A DNA stretch of 64,000 nucleotides from a virus: the IMG/VR virus record IMGVR_UViG_3300029413_000164, one strand, 5' to 3'. The notes beneath the pieces were generated by a model. It was not told the origin of the DNA. It worked only from the letters and a program-made list of their open reading frames with translations, and searched no databases. Below are positions 35,181 to 46,200 of the stretch, piece by piece. The position numbers and the translations under genes are program-made. How positions within the stretch are numbered: position 1 is the first letter of the stretch; each line of letters opens with the position of its first letter.

Positions 35181-37340
35181 ATGGAAAATTCAGTATTTAG
35201 CATCATTTTAAGAAGAAAAAACAGAGTGTTTATCAATGATAATGATATGCTTAAATCCCTTTCTGGCGCGGCCGGTGAAAAGAATAAGCAGATTGTTGCA
35301 ACAATGAATAAGAACATAGAAGTCTTTGGCTATACAATGTCAGAGGCTCTTTTTGACAAGCTTGTGCACATGAAAGTTAAGAACCGTGAAGTGGTGTATG
35401 ATGCCCTTGTAAACGGACTTAAGGAACTTACAGGTGCTGATAAGGTGTACAATCCAATGTATCCTAATTTCCCTGAATCTGTCATGGAAAAGGATGATTT
35501 TGAACTGTATTTCAATGCTATCGTTCATTACTGGTCTTTTGGCACCCTTCTGCCTTATGAGGAGAAAAAGGAGAGAGTACCTCTTTTTAACACTGCAAAG
35601 GTTAAGGTCCTTGAAGCAGGTTCGTTTGATGACTTAAATGACATCTTTAATAATTTCTGTGCATCAAAGACATCTCTTTCAAAGAGTGATGTGGATGACA
35701 TGGTCTTTATTTTAAATTCAGCAAAGGTTACTTTGCCGGATGAGATTCCGTTTAAGGAGAATACTGCGTGCATATGCAGACTGCTTGTTGATACCGGTGT
35801 TGACACAGATGGCTCTTTATGCAGAAAATACATAAAAACTGCAACTGATGTACTGCGTCTTGTTACAGCAATGTCTGATGGTGACGTCAGTCTTGCAGAA
35901 AACACTAAGTTCAGAAACTTAAAGAGAGGCGAGCGCAGAATTATCATGAACCTGCTTGCAGGCTGTGGAAATGCAGCTGAGGATATGAGCAGATATGCCG
36001 GAAGATGGATCCGTGTAGGCGAAAAACTGCACCCGGGTGAGTTTGCTAAGAATGAGCGCTATACAAAAGTTGTTCAGGCATTTGGCGTCATAAGAAATGA
36101 TGGTAAAATTCAGTCGTTTGCAGGCAGAATGGATGCGGCTGTTGCGTCAGGCGATGTAAACACCGTTGTTTCCCTGCTTAAAAAGCGCCCGGGAGAGTTT
36201 GCAAGAAGAATTGATTTTCTTCTTCGCACATTTGACAAGGATGCCGACAGAAAGGCTGTTATCATGGGCTTTGCTTCTGTTGCAAAGGATGTATCGTCTA
36301 CAGTACTTTTGCAGGTAAGAGAGCATTTTATCAATAAGCTTGACGGCAGTGATGACATGAGGGTTTTCTTTCCAAAGGGAAATCTTGCAAGGTCATACTA
36401 TGTCAAGAATGACAAAACAGAGGCTATTCCTGAGGATGCAATGATAATGGTTATTGCTGTCTGCGAGAATGCGCTTGTCAATATATATGGAAGTAGGGCA
36501 TTTCTTGGAAAAGTGTATATTGACAAGGCTCTTAGAAACTACACAGTACCGTTTTCGTTAAGAAGCGCGGGCAAGACAATGACCGCTGTTTCAAGAGGCT
36601 CACGTATTGCAATAGACGACAGTGTAAAGATTATCAGACCATTCATCTGGTGGACTAATACCAAGAATAATATTATTGATGTTGACCTGTCAGTAGCAGT
36701 TTTTGCTGACAACTGGGATTGTCTTGAGCATGTATCATATACAAATCTCAAGTCAAGTAGGTTTGGAATCTGCCACTCTGGTGACATTACAAATGGCGGA
36801 CCTGTTGACGGAGAAGGTGTGGCTGAGTTTATCGACCTTGATATTGAGAAAGCTTTATCTGCAGGTGCGAGATATGCGGCATTTAACGTGTACAATTTTT
36901 CAGATGAGAATTTCTCGAAAATGGAGCATGCAGCTTTTGGCTTTATGACGAGAAATGATATGAAGAGCGGGGAAATCTTTGAGCCGTCTACAGTAAAACA
37001 GCGAATGGACCTTGCATCAGCAACAACCACATGCATTCCGGTCATTTTTGACCTTAGGGAGAGGGTGCTCATATGGTGTGACATGGCTCTTACCGCTGAC
37101 CATGTGCGTGCTGGATACGGCGGAATCAATGTGGAGAGCAATCTGCCATCAGTAGTCGTTACCTGTAAGGCTATGGTTGATGTTAAAAAACCTAATCTGT
37201 ATGACCTGTTTACATTCAATGCTAAGGCAAGGGGTGTCATTACCGACAATCCGGATGAAGCAGACATAAGATTCGGTCTTGATGATAACTGCGATGTAAA
37301 ACCAAGTGATATTGATGTTATCGTTGGCAAATATCTGTAG
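35181..37340 (+). CDS. Large TerD-domain protein, 719 aa
   Basis: C-terminal HSGDITNGGPVDGEGVAEFIDLDIEK...AAFNVYNF matches the TerD/TerZ Ca-binding core (SGDnxtGeGdGDDE). The roughly 480-aa N-terminal region is unassigned. RBS AAGGAG. Confidence 0.55.
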   Translation: MENSVFSIILRRKNRVFINDNDMLKSLSGAAGEKNKQIVATMNKNIEVFGYTMSEALFDKLVHMKVKNREVVYDALVNGLKELTGADKVYNPMYPNFPESVMEKDDFELYFNAIVHYWSFGTLLPYEEKKERVPLFNTAKVKVLEAGSFDDLNDIFNNFCASKTSLSKSDVDDMVFILNSAKVTLPDEIPFKENTACICRLLVDTGVDTDGSLCRKYIKTATDVLRLVTAMSDGDVSLAENTKFRNLKRGERRIIMNLLAGCGNAAEDMSRYAGRWIRVGEKLHPGEFAKNERYTKVVQAFGVIRNDGKIQSFAGRMDAAVASGDVNTVVSLLKKRPGEFARRIDFLLRTFDKDADRKAVIMGFASVAKDVSSTVLLQVREHFINKLDGSDDMRVFFPKGNLARSYYVKNDKTEAIPEDAMIMVIAVCENALVNIYGSRAFLGKVYIDKALRNYTVPFSLRSAGKTMTAVSRGSRIAIDDSVKIIRPFIWWTNTKNNIIDVDLSVAVFADNWDCLEHVSYTNLKSSRFGICHSGDITNGGPVDGEGVAEFIDLDIEKALSAGARYAAFNVYNFSDENFSKMEHAAFGFMTRNDMKSGEIFEPSTVKQRMDLASATTTCIPVIFDLRERVLIWCDMALTADHVRAGYGGINVESNLPSVVVTCKAMVDVKKPNLYDLFTFNAKARGVITDNPDEADIRFGLDDNCDVKPSDIDVIVGKYL

Positions 37341-37349
37341 ATAGCACAA

Positions 37350-37375
37350 AAGGACGGGAGAAATCCCGTCTTTTG
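37350..37375 (+). terminator. Rho-independent terminator
   Basis: GACGGGA GAAA TCCCGTC followed by TTTT. Confidence 0.55.
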
Positions 37376-37394
37376 CATAAAGGAGAAAAATGAT

Positions 37395-38075
37395 ATGGAA
37401 ATCAATAAGGTATTGCTAATTCAGAAACTGGCAAAAAATAAAATGAGATATGTTCTTGAACTTACAGATATGCCGGACTTTACTGATGAAAGTGGAAATA
37501 AAGTTAAAGTGGTTCATTGTACTGCTTTTATGGAAAGAGAAACCAATGTTTTTGATAATAGTGAAAATATTCACTGTCATTTTTCTGCAACCGATGAATT
37601 TGGCCACACACACGATTATAAATTCAATTCTGTTACAGAAAATATGTTTGCTGTTAACATAATGGATCAGTTTGTAGACAAAATAGCGCCAGTATTCCCT
37701 GTTGTTGAATGTGGCAAATCCTGCACTTTTAAAGAATATGAGGCACTTGTAGAAGAGACTGTTAAATTCTCTTGTATGCAGTCATCATATCTGACATTTG
37801 GTGTTTCGCTTACATTTGGTATTCCATTTGGCGTTGAATATGCTGGCGGAGTTATTACTGACATCAGAGATTATCCTGATAACACTTTGTTCACCGAGTT
37901 GAAAGATAGTCACATATTCAAGGCTGACGGCAGGGTATATAGGGAAAAAGTTCGTTTGAATAATCCTGCTATCACTACCATTAAAAACCTCTGGCCAAAT
38001 GAAAAAATTGATGACAATGATCCAAGAACATGGACCTTTATTGTCAGCGAGGCGGAAGAATTAATCAGGTATTAA
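37395..38075 (+). CDS. Hypothetical protein, 226 aa
   Basis: ORF with an AAGGAGAAAAATGATATGG RBS region. Confidence 0.5.
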   Translation: MEINKVLLIQKLAKNKMRYVLELTDMPDFTDESGNKVKVVHCTAFMERETNVFDNSENIHCHFSATDEFGHTHDYKFNSVTENMFAVNIMDQFVDKIAPVFPVVECGKSCTFKEYEALVEETVKFSCMQSSYLTFGVSLTFGIPFGVEYAGGVITDIRDYPDNTLFTELKDSHIFKADGRVYREKVRLNNPAITTIKNLWPNEKIDDNDPRTWTFIVSEAEELIRY

Positions 38076-38086
38076 CAAAGATGTAT

Positions 38087-38145
38087 GAGGCGGGCAAATA
38101 TCTGTAGACGGTGCGAAAAAGGCGGGAAAAATCCCGTCTTTTTAT
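38087..38145 (+). repeat. Duplicated gene-end plus terminator module (copy of 37316-37375)
   Basis: GGCAAATATCTGTAGA...AAAAGG(C/A)GGGA(A/G)AAATCCCGTCTTTT occurs twice. The second copy retains a vestigial ...GKYL stop. Confidence 0.55.
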
Positions 38146-38195
38146 ATGGAAGGCCATTTGCAAACATTATTTCTGACATACTCATATTAAAAGGA
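38138..38195 (+). promoter_or_regulatory. Element-type bipartite promoter
   Basis: TTTATATGGAAGGCCATTTG, 17 nt, then TTCTGACATACTCATATTAAAAGG. Confidence 0.55.
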
Positions 38196-38211
38196 AAGGA
38201 AGCGTTTTAAA

Positions 38212-38511
38212 ATGGAAGAACTAATCAGACGCATCAGCAGAGACAACGAACCATATGAAGTAGACAAGGCGGATCCTGTAATAATACAAAGTTTGAGTGG
38301 CAGGACCCTGTCAGAAGATGAAATTAATCAGCTTGATACAAAAGAGCAGACGACACTCAAAGAAGGAATGCGACAATTTTTGGATACGCAGGCGGCGTGC
38401 TTAAATGATATAGTTGTAAGAAATGGGTGTTATTTTGAAAGCCGTTTTGCTGGAAATTACAGGATAATCAGAAGAATCATTAAAATGGACGGACAAAGAG
38501 TTGCAAATTAA
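38212..38511 (+). CDS. Hypothetical protein, 99 aa
   Basis: ORF 26 bp downstream of the 38138-38195 promoter. Confidence 0.5.
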   Translation: MEELIRRISRDNEPYEVDKADPVIIQSLSGRTLSEDEINQLDTKEQTTLKEGMRQFLDTQAACLNDIVVRNGCYFESRFAGNYRIIRRIIKMDGQRVAN

Positions 38512-38540
38512 TCTTTTGCAGCAGGAAAGGAGAAAAAATA

Positions 38541-40325
38541 ATGGGACAAAAAAGCCGGCTTAAAAAATTTGCCAGGAATGCTATAAACCAGAAAGACATT
38601 AATAATGCGTTTCTTGGCAAACTACCTGATGGATTAAAAACCAGGGTTACGGACAATATAAAAACACAGGACACACAGATGGCTCAGATGTTAAAAGGAT
38701 TCGCTGAATCATTTAATGGGCTGGATTTTAAGACGGAGCCGCAGGCATCAGACAGGGAGATAGGATACTTCTTCGTGCAGGGCTTTCTGACGATTGATAT
38801 GAGACTGGATTTTTTCGCAATAGCTAATGATTTTTTCATAAACTGCCCAGGTATCTGCAAAACCTTCAATGAGGAATATTATGACGAAAATCTTGATTTT
38901 CTTTACGGCAAAAACGAGGATGATGTTGTGTATTTCCCAAGTGCTGAAGGAGACTGGTTTAAAATAATGATACTTCATTATATATACCGTGTCGCAGTTG
39001 ACATGAACAATGATTTCTGTAAAAAACAGCTCCTATATTTGTACAGGACATATTATAAGAAAGAATACAATCAGGTAAAACGGTTCTCAGAAATAACATT
39101 AAAAGACGTACTAGACATATTAGGAGATACAAATGCCGGTTCCATCGCAAGGATTATTGTAATGGCAAAATTTATGGGTAAGACCGTAAAACCTGAGTAT
39201 CCGGATGGCAGACTTCTTCAGCTCATGCATAAGGATTTTACAGAACGTACCATAGCTGAACAATACGATTTTTACGAGCCTGTCATTCTTGAAGAATCAC
39301 TTGACGAAAGCAGAGACCATATGCAGAAAGCTCAGGACATGGCTAAAAAATACATGAAAAAATATAAATCTGTAATAGAGGAACTAAAAGCTTCTGCATC
39401 AAAGCTTATGTTCAGGTATTTCGCCTTAAGAGAAAGAAAAGAACTTTCGTGGATTGCAGACAGATGGCATGAAGATGATGGCATAGTTGAAAAATACATA
39501 GGATATGCAATAGCACTTGCCATATCAGATCCTGAATATGATTACGGTTTTCTAAATAAAAGTATTTTAGACGAAGAAACTGAAGGATGTATTGCCAAAA
39601 TGATGTTTATGGCATTTACCTGCTATTTAAGCAATGAATTATTGTGTGCGCAGGTTGCTGAAACGCTTGATACGTCATTTCTGTTTTCAACAGAACCAGA
39701 TATCGAAGTGCATTATAAAGGTATAGAAATAACAGCAGAAGACAGCAAGGAAACAGATGATGCAGAAGACACTCAGGAAAGCGTACAGGGTGAGGAACTG
39801 ATTACAGACCTTGAATCGGAGATAAAAGCGCTTAAGTCAAAAATCAAGATGCAGGAAACCGAAATAAGCTCGCTAAGGGAAGAAAATAGAAAAGTAAAAG
39901 ACCTGCAGGAAGAACTTGAGAGAGAAAAACAGGGGAATGCAGATGATAAAAAAGAGCTGGCAGCATTGCGGACATTTGTGCATGAACTTGATGACGAAGG
40001 AAACAAAAGCAGCAGGACAAGCATTGATGAGATGAAAAAGCTGTTAAACTCAAAGAAAGTGACTATAATAGGAGGACATCAGAATCTTGTCAACTATCTG
40101 AAGCAGGAATTCCCTAACTGGACATACACGGCAACGGAAGTAAGGTCTGATATTCCATTGTCGAAGCTTTTAAATCAGGATATTACAATCTTCTGCGCCG
40201 AACATATCTGCCACGCGTTTTATTACAAATATCTGCATATGGCAAGGAAAAATGACCTTAAAATAGGCTATATACAGGGTTCAAATGTTGAGCAGATAAT
40301 AACGCAGATATACGGACAGATATAA
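38541..40325 (+). CDS. Hypothetical protein, 594 aa, with a C-terminal coiled coil
   Basis: Long ORF with an AGGAAAGGAG RBS. Confidence 0.55.
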   Translation: MGQKSRLKKFARNAINQKDINNAFLGKLPDGLKTRVTDNIKTQDTQMAQMLKGFAESFNGLDFKTEPQASDREIGYFFVQGFLTIDMRLDFFAIANDFFINCPGICKTFNEEYYDENLDFLYGKNEDDVVYFPSAEGDWFKIMILHYIYRVAVDMNNDFCKKQLLYLYRTYYKKEYNQVKRFSEITLKDVLDILGDTNAGSIARIIVMAKFMGKTVKPEYPDGRLLQLMHKDFTERTIAEQYDFYEPVILEESLDESRDHMQKAQDMAKKYMKKYKSVIEELKASASKLMFRYFALRERKELSWIADRWHEDDGIVEKYIGYAIALAISDPEYDYGFLNKSILDEETEGCIAKMMFMAFTCYLSNELLCAQVAETLDTSFLFSTEPDIEVHYKGIEITAEDSKETDDAEDTQESVQGEELITDLESEIKALKSKIKMQETEISSLREENRKVKDLQEELEREKQGNADDKKELAALRTFVHELDDEGNKSSRTSIDEMKKLLNSKKVTIIGGHQNLVNYLKQEFPNWTYTATEVRSDIPLSKLLNQDITIFCAEHICHAFYYKYLHMARKNDLKIGYIQGSNVEQIITQIYGQI

Positions 40326-40386
40326 TGGAAGGAAGAAGCGTTCATGGAAATTAACAAAAAGCAGATATTAATTAGGAGGAAAACAC

Positions 40387-41016
40387 ATGCAAAAGAGAAG
40401 AATTGTTATGGCAGCGGCTGTTGCAGTGCTTGCTGTCGGACTGACTGGATGCGGACTGCTTGACAGTGAGGTTAACGAATTGAATGGGACCATAAAAGGA
40501 AATACATATAATGTTTCCTTTTACAGTAATGAAGGCGAAAACTTTATGAACATGAGCGGCGAAAAAATAGACATGTCGTCAAATACTGTAGAAGAGCCTG
40601 TTTACACAGACGATGGCTGGGGATATTCGGAGACAATGAGCTCCGTTGTAACAGTAACCATTGATGGAAGCGAAGTAGAAAGCTGTGGAAGCACAATGAT
40701 TTTCGCAGAGGATGGACTTAAGCCGGAAGTGGATTTTAAAAGCCCGGAACTGATTGAAAGCGCATCAGGCAGTTCAGTCAAGGATTATACATTCATCGCT
40801 GGCATTGTCAACAAGGTTAAGAACAATTTTGGAAAGAGCAGGGTGGTTGTAATCCAGTCGCAGCTTGGCGATCCGATATGCGCATACTCAGGTGACGAAG
40901 TATATTGGAAAGTTTGCAAAGACCTGCCAAAGACAACAAAGTTAATGATAGACGGAAAAGCTCTGTATATCCACAGAGCTAATTTCCAGATAATTGATAA
41001 GGAATTATTGAATTAA
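40387..41016 (+). CDS. Lipoprotein, 209 aa
   Basis: Signal peptide with lipobox LTGCG. RBS AGGAGG. Confidence 0.6.
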   Translation: MQKRRIVMAAAVAVLAVGLTGCGLLDSEVNELNGTIKGNTYNVSFYSNEGENFMNMSGEKIDMSSNTVEEPVYTDDGWGYSETMSSVVTVTIDGSEVESCGSTMIFAEDGLKPEVDFKSPELIESASGSSVKDYTFIAGIVNKVKNNFGKSRVVVIQSQLGDPICAYSGDEVYWKVCKDLPKTTKLMIDGKALYIHRANFQIIDKELLN

Positions 41017-41028
41017 GGAGGATTAAAC

Positions 41029-41529
41029 ATGAGCATTATAACAGTAGGAAATATGGAACTTGAACTTTTACCAGATGAGGTGGAGCGATTAAGCAGGGAG
41101 CATATACAGACGAAAATTGAGAGCCTGCTTATGCATGGAATACAGGAGATTAACCCTGATTTAAGCAGAGAGGCTGTGGAGGTACTGGCGCAAACAATGA
41201 AATCATCAGTTATCGCAAAATACGAGACGGCGGCAGACAGGCTGATGCGAGAGTTTGCTGATGAAGCATTGAAGACATACGAATCAGACCTTGAAATGCG
41301 CCCATGCACGTTACATATCGAATTTATTGATTATGACGGCGAAGTGCCAGATGACAGACATTTCCAGACGAGAAAAGAGGTTTTTGCCGCGATTGATGAA
41401 TTTGTGATGAGCGTATACAACAAGAACCCAAACCATACATATACTTTCAGGAAAGTCAATCCGAAGAAGGAGTATGAAATAAGAGAGAAGGGCGAAGCAA
41501 TTATCAAGATGTATATCAGAGAAGACTAA
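41029..41529 (+). CDS. Hypothetical protein, 166 aa
   Basis: ORF with an AAGGAGG RBS. Confidence 0.5.
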   Translation: MSIITVGNMELELLPDEVERLSREHIQTKIESLLMHGIQEINPDLSREAVEVLAQTMKSSVIAKYETAADRLMREFADEALKTYESDLEMRPCTLHIEFIDYDGEVPDDRHFQTRKEVFAAIDEFVMSVYNKNPNHTYTFRKVNPKKEYEIREKGEAIIKMYIRED

Positions 41530-41546
41530 GAAGATGCGAAATTATA

Positions 41547-41580
41547 TGAACCGGGGGCATATGCTGCTTCCGGTTTTTCC
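41547..41580 (+). terminator. Rho-independent terminator
   Basis: AACCGG...CCGGTT hairpin followed by a T-run. Confidence 0.5.
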
Positions 41581-41585
41581 GCAAG

Positions 41586-41612
41586 AATAAAAAATCATAC
41601 TCATAACAGATT
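41586..41612 (+). promoter_or_regulatory. Element-type promoter
   Basis: AAAAAATCATACTCATAACAG upstream of the 41637 start. Confidence 0.45.
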
Positions 41613-41636
41613 ACAAAGAAAGGATAGGCATAAGCT

Positions 41637-43130
41637 ATGAATATCAAGAGAAGAATAACAGCAATAGGACTGATATGTAGTCTTATGGTACTGATTTTTG
41701 GAGGACAAAGCCCTGCAACTGTAATGGCAGATGATACTAAAATAGTAGAAGCTGTTAATCATTCAGGACCTTATTGGAGTAACGGTGGCTCATGGAATAG
41801 TTGGAAAAATTGGTATATTAACAAAGGATATACTATCATGGGATCTGGGAAAACAACATTATGGTGGAATAAAAAATATTATGAAGCATGGTGGTTGGGA
41901 GTCAAAGATAAAAACGGAAACATGAAATGGGCTTTATTGTTTGATAGTGTTCAAACAACTTCAGGCAATTATATTACTCGATATGATGCATGGATGCCGG
42001 TACGCGAGGGAAATGACATAGTCTGGTACTATTTAGATGATGAAGGGCTCACATACACTAATACGTGGTTACATACAAGATGTGTAGATTCAAATTATAA
42101 ATCTTCAGATAAACATGGTTATTTTTATTTTAACGGAAGTGGCAAGTTACAAACAGGATGGCTTCGGGACAGCAGCGGCGGATGGTACTATTCAGATAGT
42201 ACAGAGGGCAGCGTAAATCCCGGCATAAGCGAACATGGCGGATTGACTTGGACAATGATAAAAAACCAAACGTCATACGAGAAAGATGGCCTTTATAGTA
42301 ATGGATTATATTATCTTAACGGCCTGAATGTTGTAACAAACGTGTATAGAATGAACACTAATGGCTCTTATGATTATATAGGAAACACAGTAAACAATAT
42401 CAAAGTTGGAGATGGCAATGACCAAATAAATCCCCTAAAAGAAAAGACGATAAATGCAGATACAGATTACGTAAATAAACAGATTTATAATTCAAAAGGA
42501 TTGTTTATTAATGCAAATGCAGAAGGAAGCTGTACTCAGCAACAAAATCTGGCTTTGAAAAATAATAATTATAAACAGATAAAAATCAATGAATTTACAT
42601 ACTATATTGACAGGAAAAAATTTACTTTGACTCAAAATATAAATAGTGATGCAGAAACAACTAAAACATCATCAATATATTTTGAAGGCGCAACAACCAT
42701 TGAAGATCCATCTGTCAAGGCAGGATATACATTTACTACATGGAATCTACAAGGGAATGGAAGTGAATTGAATGGCAGGACATTTATAATGGGAGATGAG
42801 GATGCTATTCTTACTGCACAGTGGAAGTATAATACTATTCATGTTAAGATACCCCAGACTCTTATTGGGGATTCAAAAGGTAACAGTTCATTTCGTGTTA
42901 AATGTGACGACTTAAAAGCTGGTAACATCAAAGTGACAGTTCCAAACAGCCTTCTATATAAGCAGGCTGGCAAGACTGACATAACAGCTGCAATAACAGC
43001 AAAAAGTGGTAACAATACCATTACACCAACAAATAAGGTTTGTGTATACGATATAGCCACCACTAACGGATTATCAGCCGGATGCTGGCAGGGAAGCTTT
43101 AACATAGGACTCACGCTGACAAAAGAATAA
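41637..43130 (+). CDS. Secreted protein with cell-wall-binding repeats and the shared C-terminal module (receptor-binding/adhesin-like)
   Basis: Signal peptide. Repeats of the choline-binding/cell-wall-binding type (GWLRDSSGGWYYSDS, WYYLDDEGL). The last roughly 100 aa are shared with the 52996-54297 product. Confidence 0.55.
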   Translation: MNIKRRITAIGLICSLMVLIFGGQSPATVMADDTKIVEAVNHSGPYWSNGGSWNSWKNWYINKGYTIMGSGKTTLWWNKKYYEAWWLGVKDKNGNMKWALLFDSVQTTSGNYITRYDAWMPVREGNDIVWYYLDDEGLTYTNTWLHTRCVDSNYKSSDKHGYFYFNGSGKLQTGWLRDSSGGWYYSDSTEGSVNPGISEHGGLTWTMIKNQTSYEKDGLYSNGLYYLNGLNVVTNVYRMNTNGSYDYIGNTVNNIKVGDGNDQINPLKEKTINADTDYVNKQIYNSKGLFINANAEGSCTQQQNLALKNNNYKQIKINEFTYYIDRKKFTLTQNINSDAETTKTSSIYFEGATTIEDPSVKAGYTFTTWNLQGNGSELNGRTFIMGDEDAILTAQWKYNTIHVKIPQTLIGDSKGNSSFRVKCDDLKAGNIKVTVPNSLLYKQAGKTDITAAITAKSGNNTITPTNKVCVYDIATTNGLSAGCWQGSFNIGLTLTKE

Positions 43131-43175
43131 AGAAACGCAGATTAAGGGTATAGCTAATGGCTATATCCTTTTTCA
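42964..43175 (+). repeat. Shared gene 3'-end plus terminator module, copy A
   Basis: About 200 bp at roughly 85-90% identity to 54133-54340 and 33360-33566, including the GGTATAGCTAATGGCTATATCC terminator hairpin. Confidence 0.65.
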
Positions 43176-43177
43176 TT

Positions 43178-43205
43178 GAAAAAAATATCATACTTATAAT
43201 GACAA
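43178..43205 (+). promoter_or_regulatory. Element-type promoter
   Basis: AAAAAATATCATACTTATAATGAC upstream of the 43254 start. Confidence 0.5.
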
Positions 43206-43253
43206 ATTTAAAATAAATCACAAAAGAGGATTTTGTGGGGAAAGGAAGAAAAA

Positions 43254-46200
43254 ATGATGAATTTCAGAGATGAATTGAAGAAAATGAGATTCAAAAAGAA
43301 ACCGCGTGATGGTAAGAAGCATGATCTGTCAACACCGGGCAGGAAGACCGTTTTGTCAGCCGGAGCTGTTCTCATAGCAGGCGGACTGCTTACAGCGGGA
43401 ATTCTTAATGCAAATACGGGTGCTTATACAAGCAGCTTTTTGTCTGACAACAGCAGTTCGCGTAAAATAACCAACGAGAACTACGACTATAAAATGGCAG
43501 ACAAGCACCTTATCGTAAAAAGCGCTTCAAGTCTCAAAGAGTCTGACGGATACAAAAAGATTGCTGATGGGCTGTATCTTGTGGACAAGGATAAAGAGCT
43601 TGATGGAAGCGTTACAACATATGAGGATGGAGATGTTGTAGTCGCTGATGCTGAGGATGATGAAGTGAATCCTGAAGAAGATGTGGATACAGGTGACAAG
43701 ACTGAGAATACAGAAATATCAGGCGAGACACCTGATGATAACAATACCGATGTTGGTGATGTAAAAGAAAACGATAAAACTAATGAATCGGCAGAGTTGA
43801 CTGACAATGAAAATAATGATGAAAGCACCGCTGATAAAGACACAGAAAAAGAAATTGTGCTTAAAACAGATGAGAGTGAGTCAAAAACACCAACATCAGT
43901 TACTGAAAGTGCATACAAAGAATCAGAAAAACAACTGAAGGAAGTTGAAAAAATAAACGAATGCTCAAAACTTGATAAATATTTGTCAACATTGACATTC
44001 GACAATGATATTAAGATAGCCGTTGTAGACTCGGGAGCGACTGTAGATAGTGACAGAGTTCTTAATGGAGCCAATTTTTCAGCAACGGGAGACAGACTCA
44101 GTATTGCAGATGACAACGGACATGGCTCGAAAGTTACAGAATTAATGCTCGAAAACACACCAGACAATGTATCTATATTGCCAGTCAAAGTAGTTGACAG
44201 CACAGGACATGGTACGCTACTGTCCTTATATCAAGGTATTGAATATGCAATAGAACAGAAAGTGGATATAATTAACATCTCACTTGCATCAAAGGCAATT
44301 GATACAGGATTGATTCAGAAAGCTGTCAATGATGCGAGAAATGCGGGTATTTTAGTAATAGCAGCCGCAGGAAATGACAACTCTGATGTTAAAAACTATG
44401 TGCCAGGCAATGTCAACGGCGTTATGACTATTGCTGGTATTGATGAGAATAACAATATAGCCCAATATTCAAATTATGGTAACACGATTAGCTATGCAGC
44501 TAACGGCGTTTATAAAGAGTATAAAGGAACATCTTTCGCTGCAGCAAGAGTTTCAGCCGTCGCAGCAATGATAAAAAGCAATAATAAAAATAATGATATT
44601 GAAAGTATTCTTGATAGATATGTATACAATCCAAAGATTGACAAAAAGTATATTGGCCGTGGAATGATTACTTTATCAGGAAAAATTACTGCAAATAAAG
44701 AAAAAGAGTTAAAAGAAAACGTTCAGGCAAAATTAGACGATTGGGAAAGTATTTCAGACAAAAAGGTGAATGATATTATCAAAGACATGCCTGCTGATGA
44801 GATAGCTTTTTTCTGGCAGTCGCTAACCGAAGAAAAGCAGAAAAAACTTTTAGAAAGATGCGCATATCTTAATCAGGATGTTACTATTAGCAACAAAGAT
44901 GGAGTACAGACAAAATCATTTGCTGAATATTTAAACAGCAATTTTACATTTGACGATACCGCGACAGCTGGTTGGGAACAGCAGACCATGTGGGATCAAA
45001 GCCGTGGATATTTCTGGTGCTGGGTAGATTATAGTGGCGCAAAGTGCTGGTATAAAATAGATGTGTCATTATCAAGAACAGACTCTATAAATGGTAATAT
45101 GACATTTGCTTCTAGTTTTTATTCTGGTACAAACGTTGCAACTATAAGCTGCGCAAATGGACAGACTAATGGTCATAATTATGCAGGTGGCACGACTGTA
45201 ACGGCAACGCCTAAGACGGGATATTTTATAAAAAACGGTGGTAATTATGGCTCTGGTGCTGTATCGACATGGTGTAACATAGGATGTTTAACAAACGCAG
45301 GATTTACATGTTCAAACAATGCATATCATGATTGGAAGACACGTCCGTGGAATAGTGATTCAGATATTAAATTTGTCGGAGCGCCGGGACTTCATGCAGA
45401 ATTTGATGTCGGAGATGCCAAAAATGCAACATGTACAGTCAATATGGATCCTACTTTAAGCGGAAAGGTCATCAACGGCGGAGGCGGACGAAAAGATTTT
45501 ACATTTGATGTATATAGTGGCAGCAATAAAATAAAAGATCGGGTTTACGATTTTAATGAAGATGTAGAGTATGGTTCTCATTTGTATATTAAAAGTGTAA
45601 GTGCACCAACAGGCTACCATATTACAGGTGACGATAAGGGTACTTACAACTTGGGAGTAATAAAAGAAAATAAAACAGGAAGCAAGACGATATACAAACC
45701 AAATATAGAGCCAAATACATACAATGTGGCTTATGAACAGAATAAACCATCGGACAAAATGCTTGATTACTACAAACCGTATGGTTCTACTGCAACAACA
45801 AAAGGCTGCACATATGGTGTTACGAACTACATTAGTTCATGCGGATATACCATGCCGGGTTATTCATTTAAAAACTGGAATACGGCTTCAAATGGCAGTG
45901 GAAAAACATACAATCCCGGGGATTCATTCACGGCTCTTACAAGTACAAACGGTGAAACAGTACATCTTTATGCTCAATGGACAAAGAACAGCTACACAAC
46001 ACACTTTGATCTGAATGGCGGTTCGGGCTATGCTCCTGACCAGACTGTTGCATATGGCGAAAATGTATCTCTTCCTATGGATGGATTTTCCAAGGAAGGT
46101 AAAACATTTATCGGATGGTCTTTAACTGCAAATGACATTGGTTCAACAGTACAGTCATTAAGGTCTGGCTTTTCATATGTCAATATGTATAAGACGGAGA

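Noticed and set aside
37338-37397. In-frame continuity between the TerD gene and the 37395-38075 ORF across a TAG
   Set aside because: The intervening 55 nt contains a clean terminator hairpin plus an RBS. This is more simply two genes that happen to share a frame.
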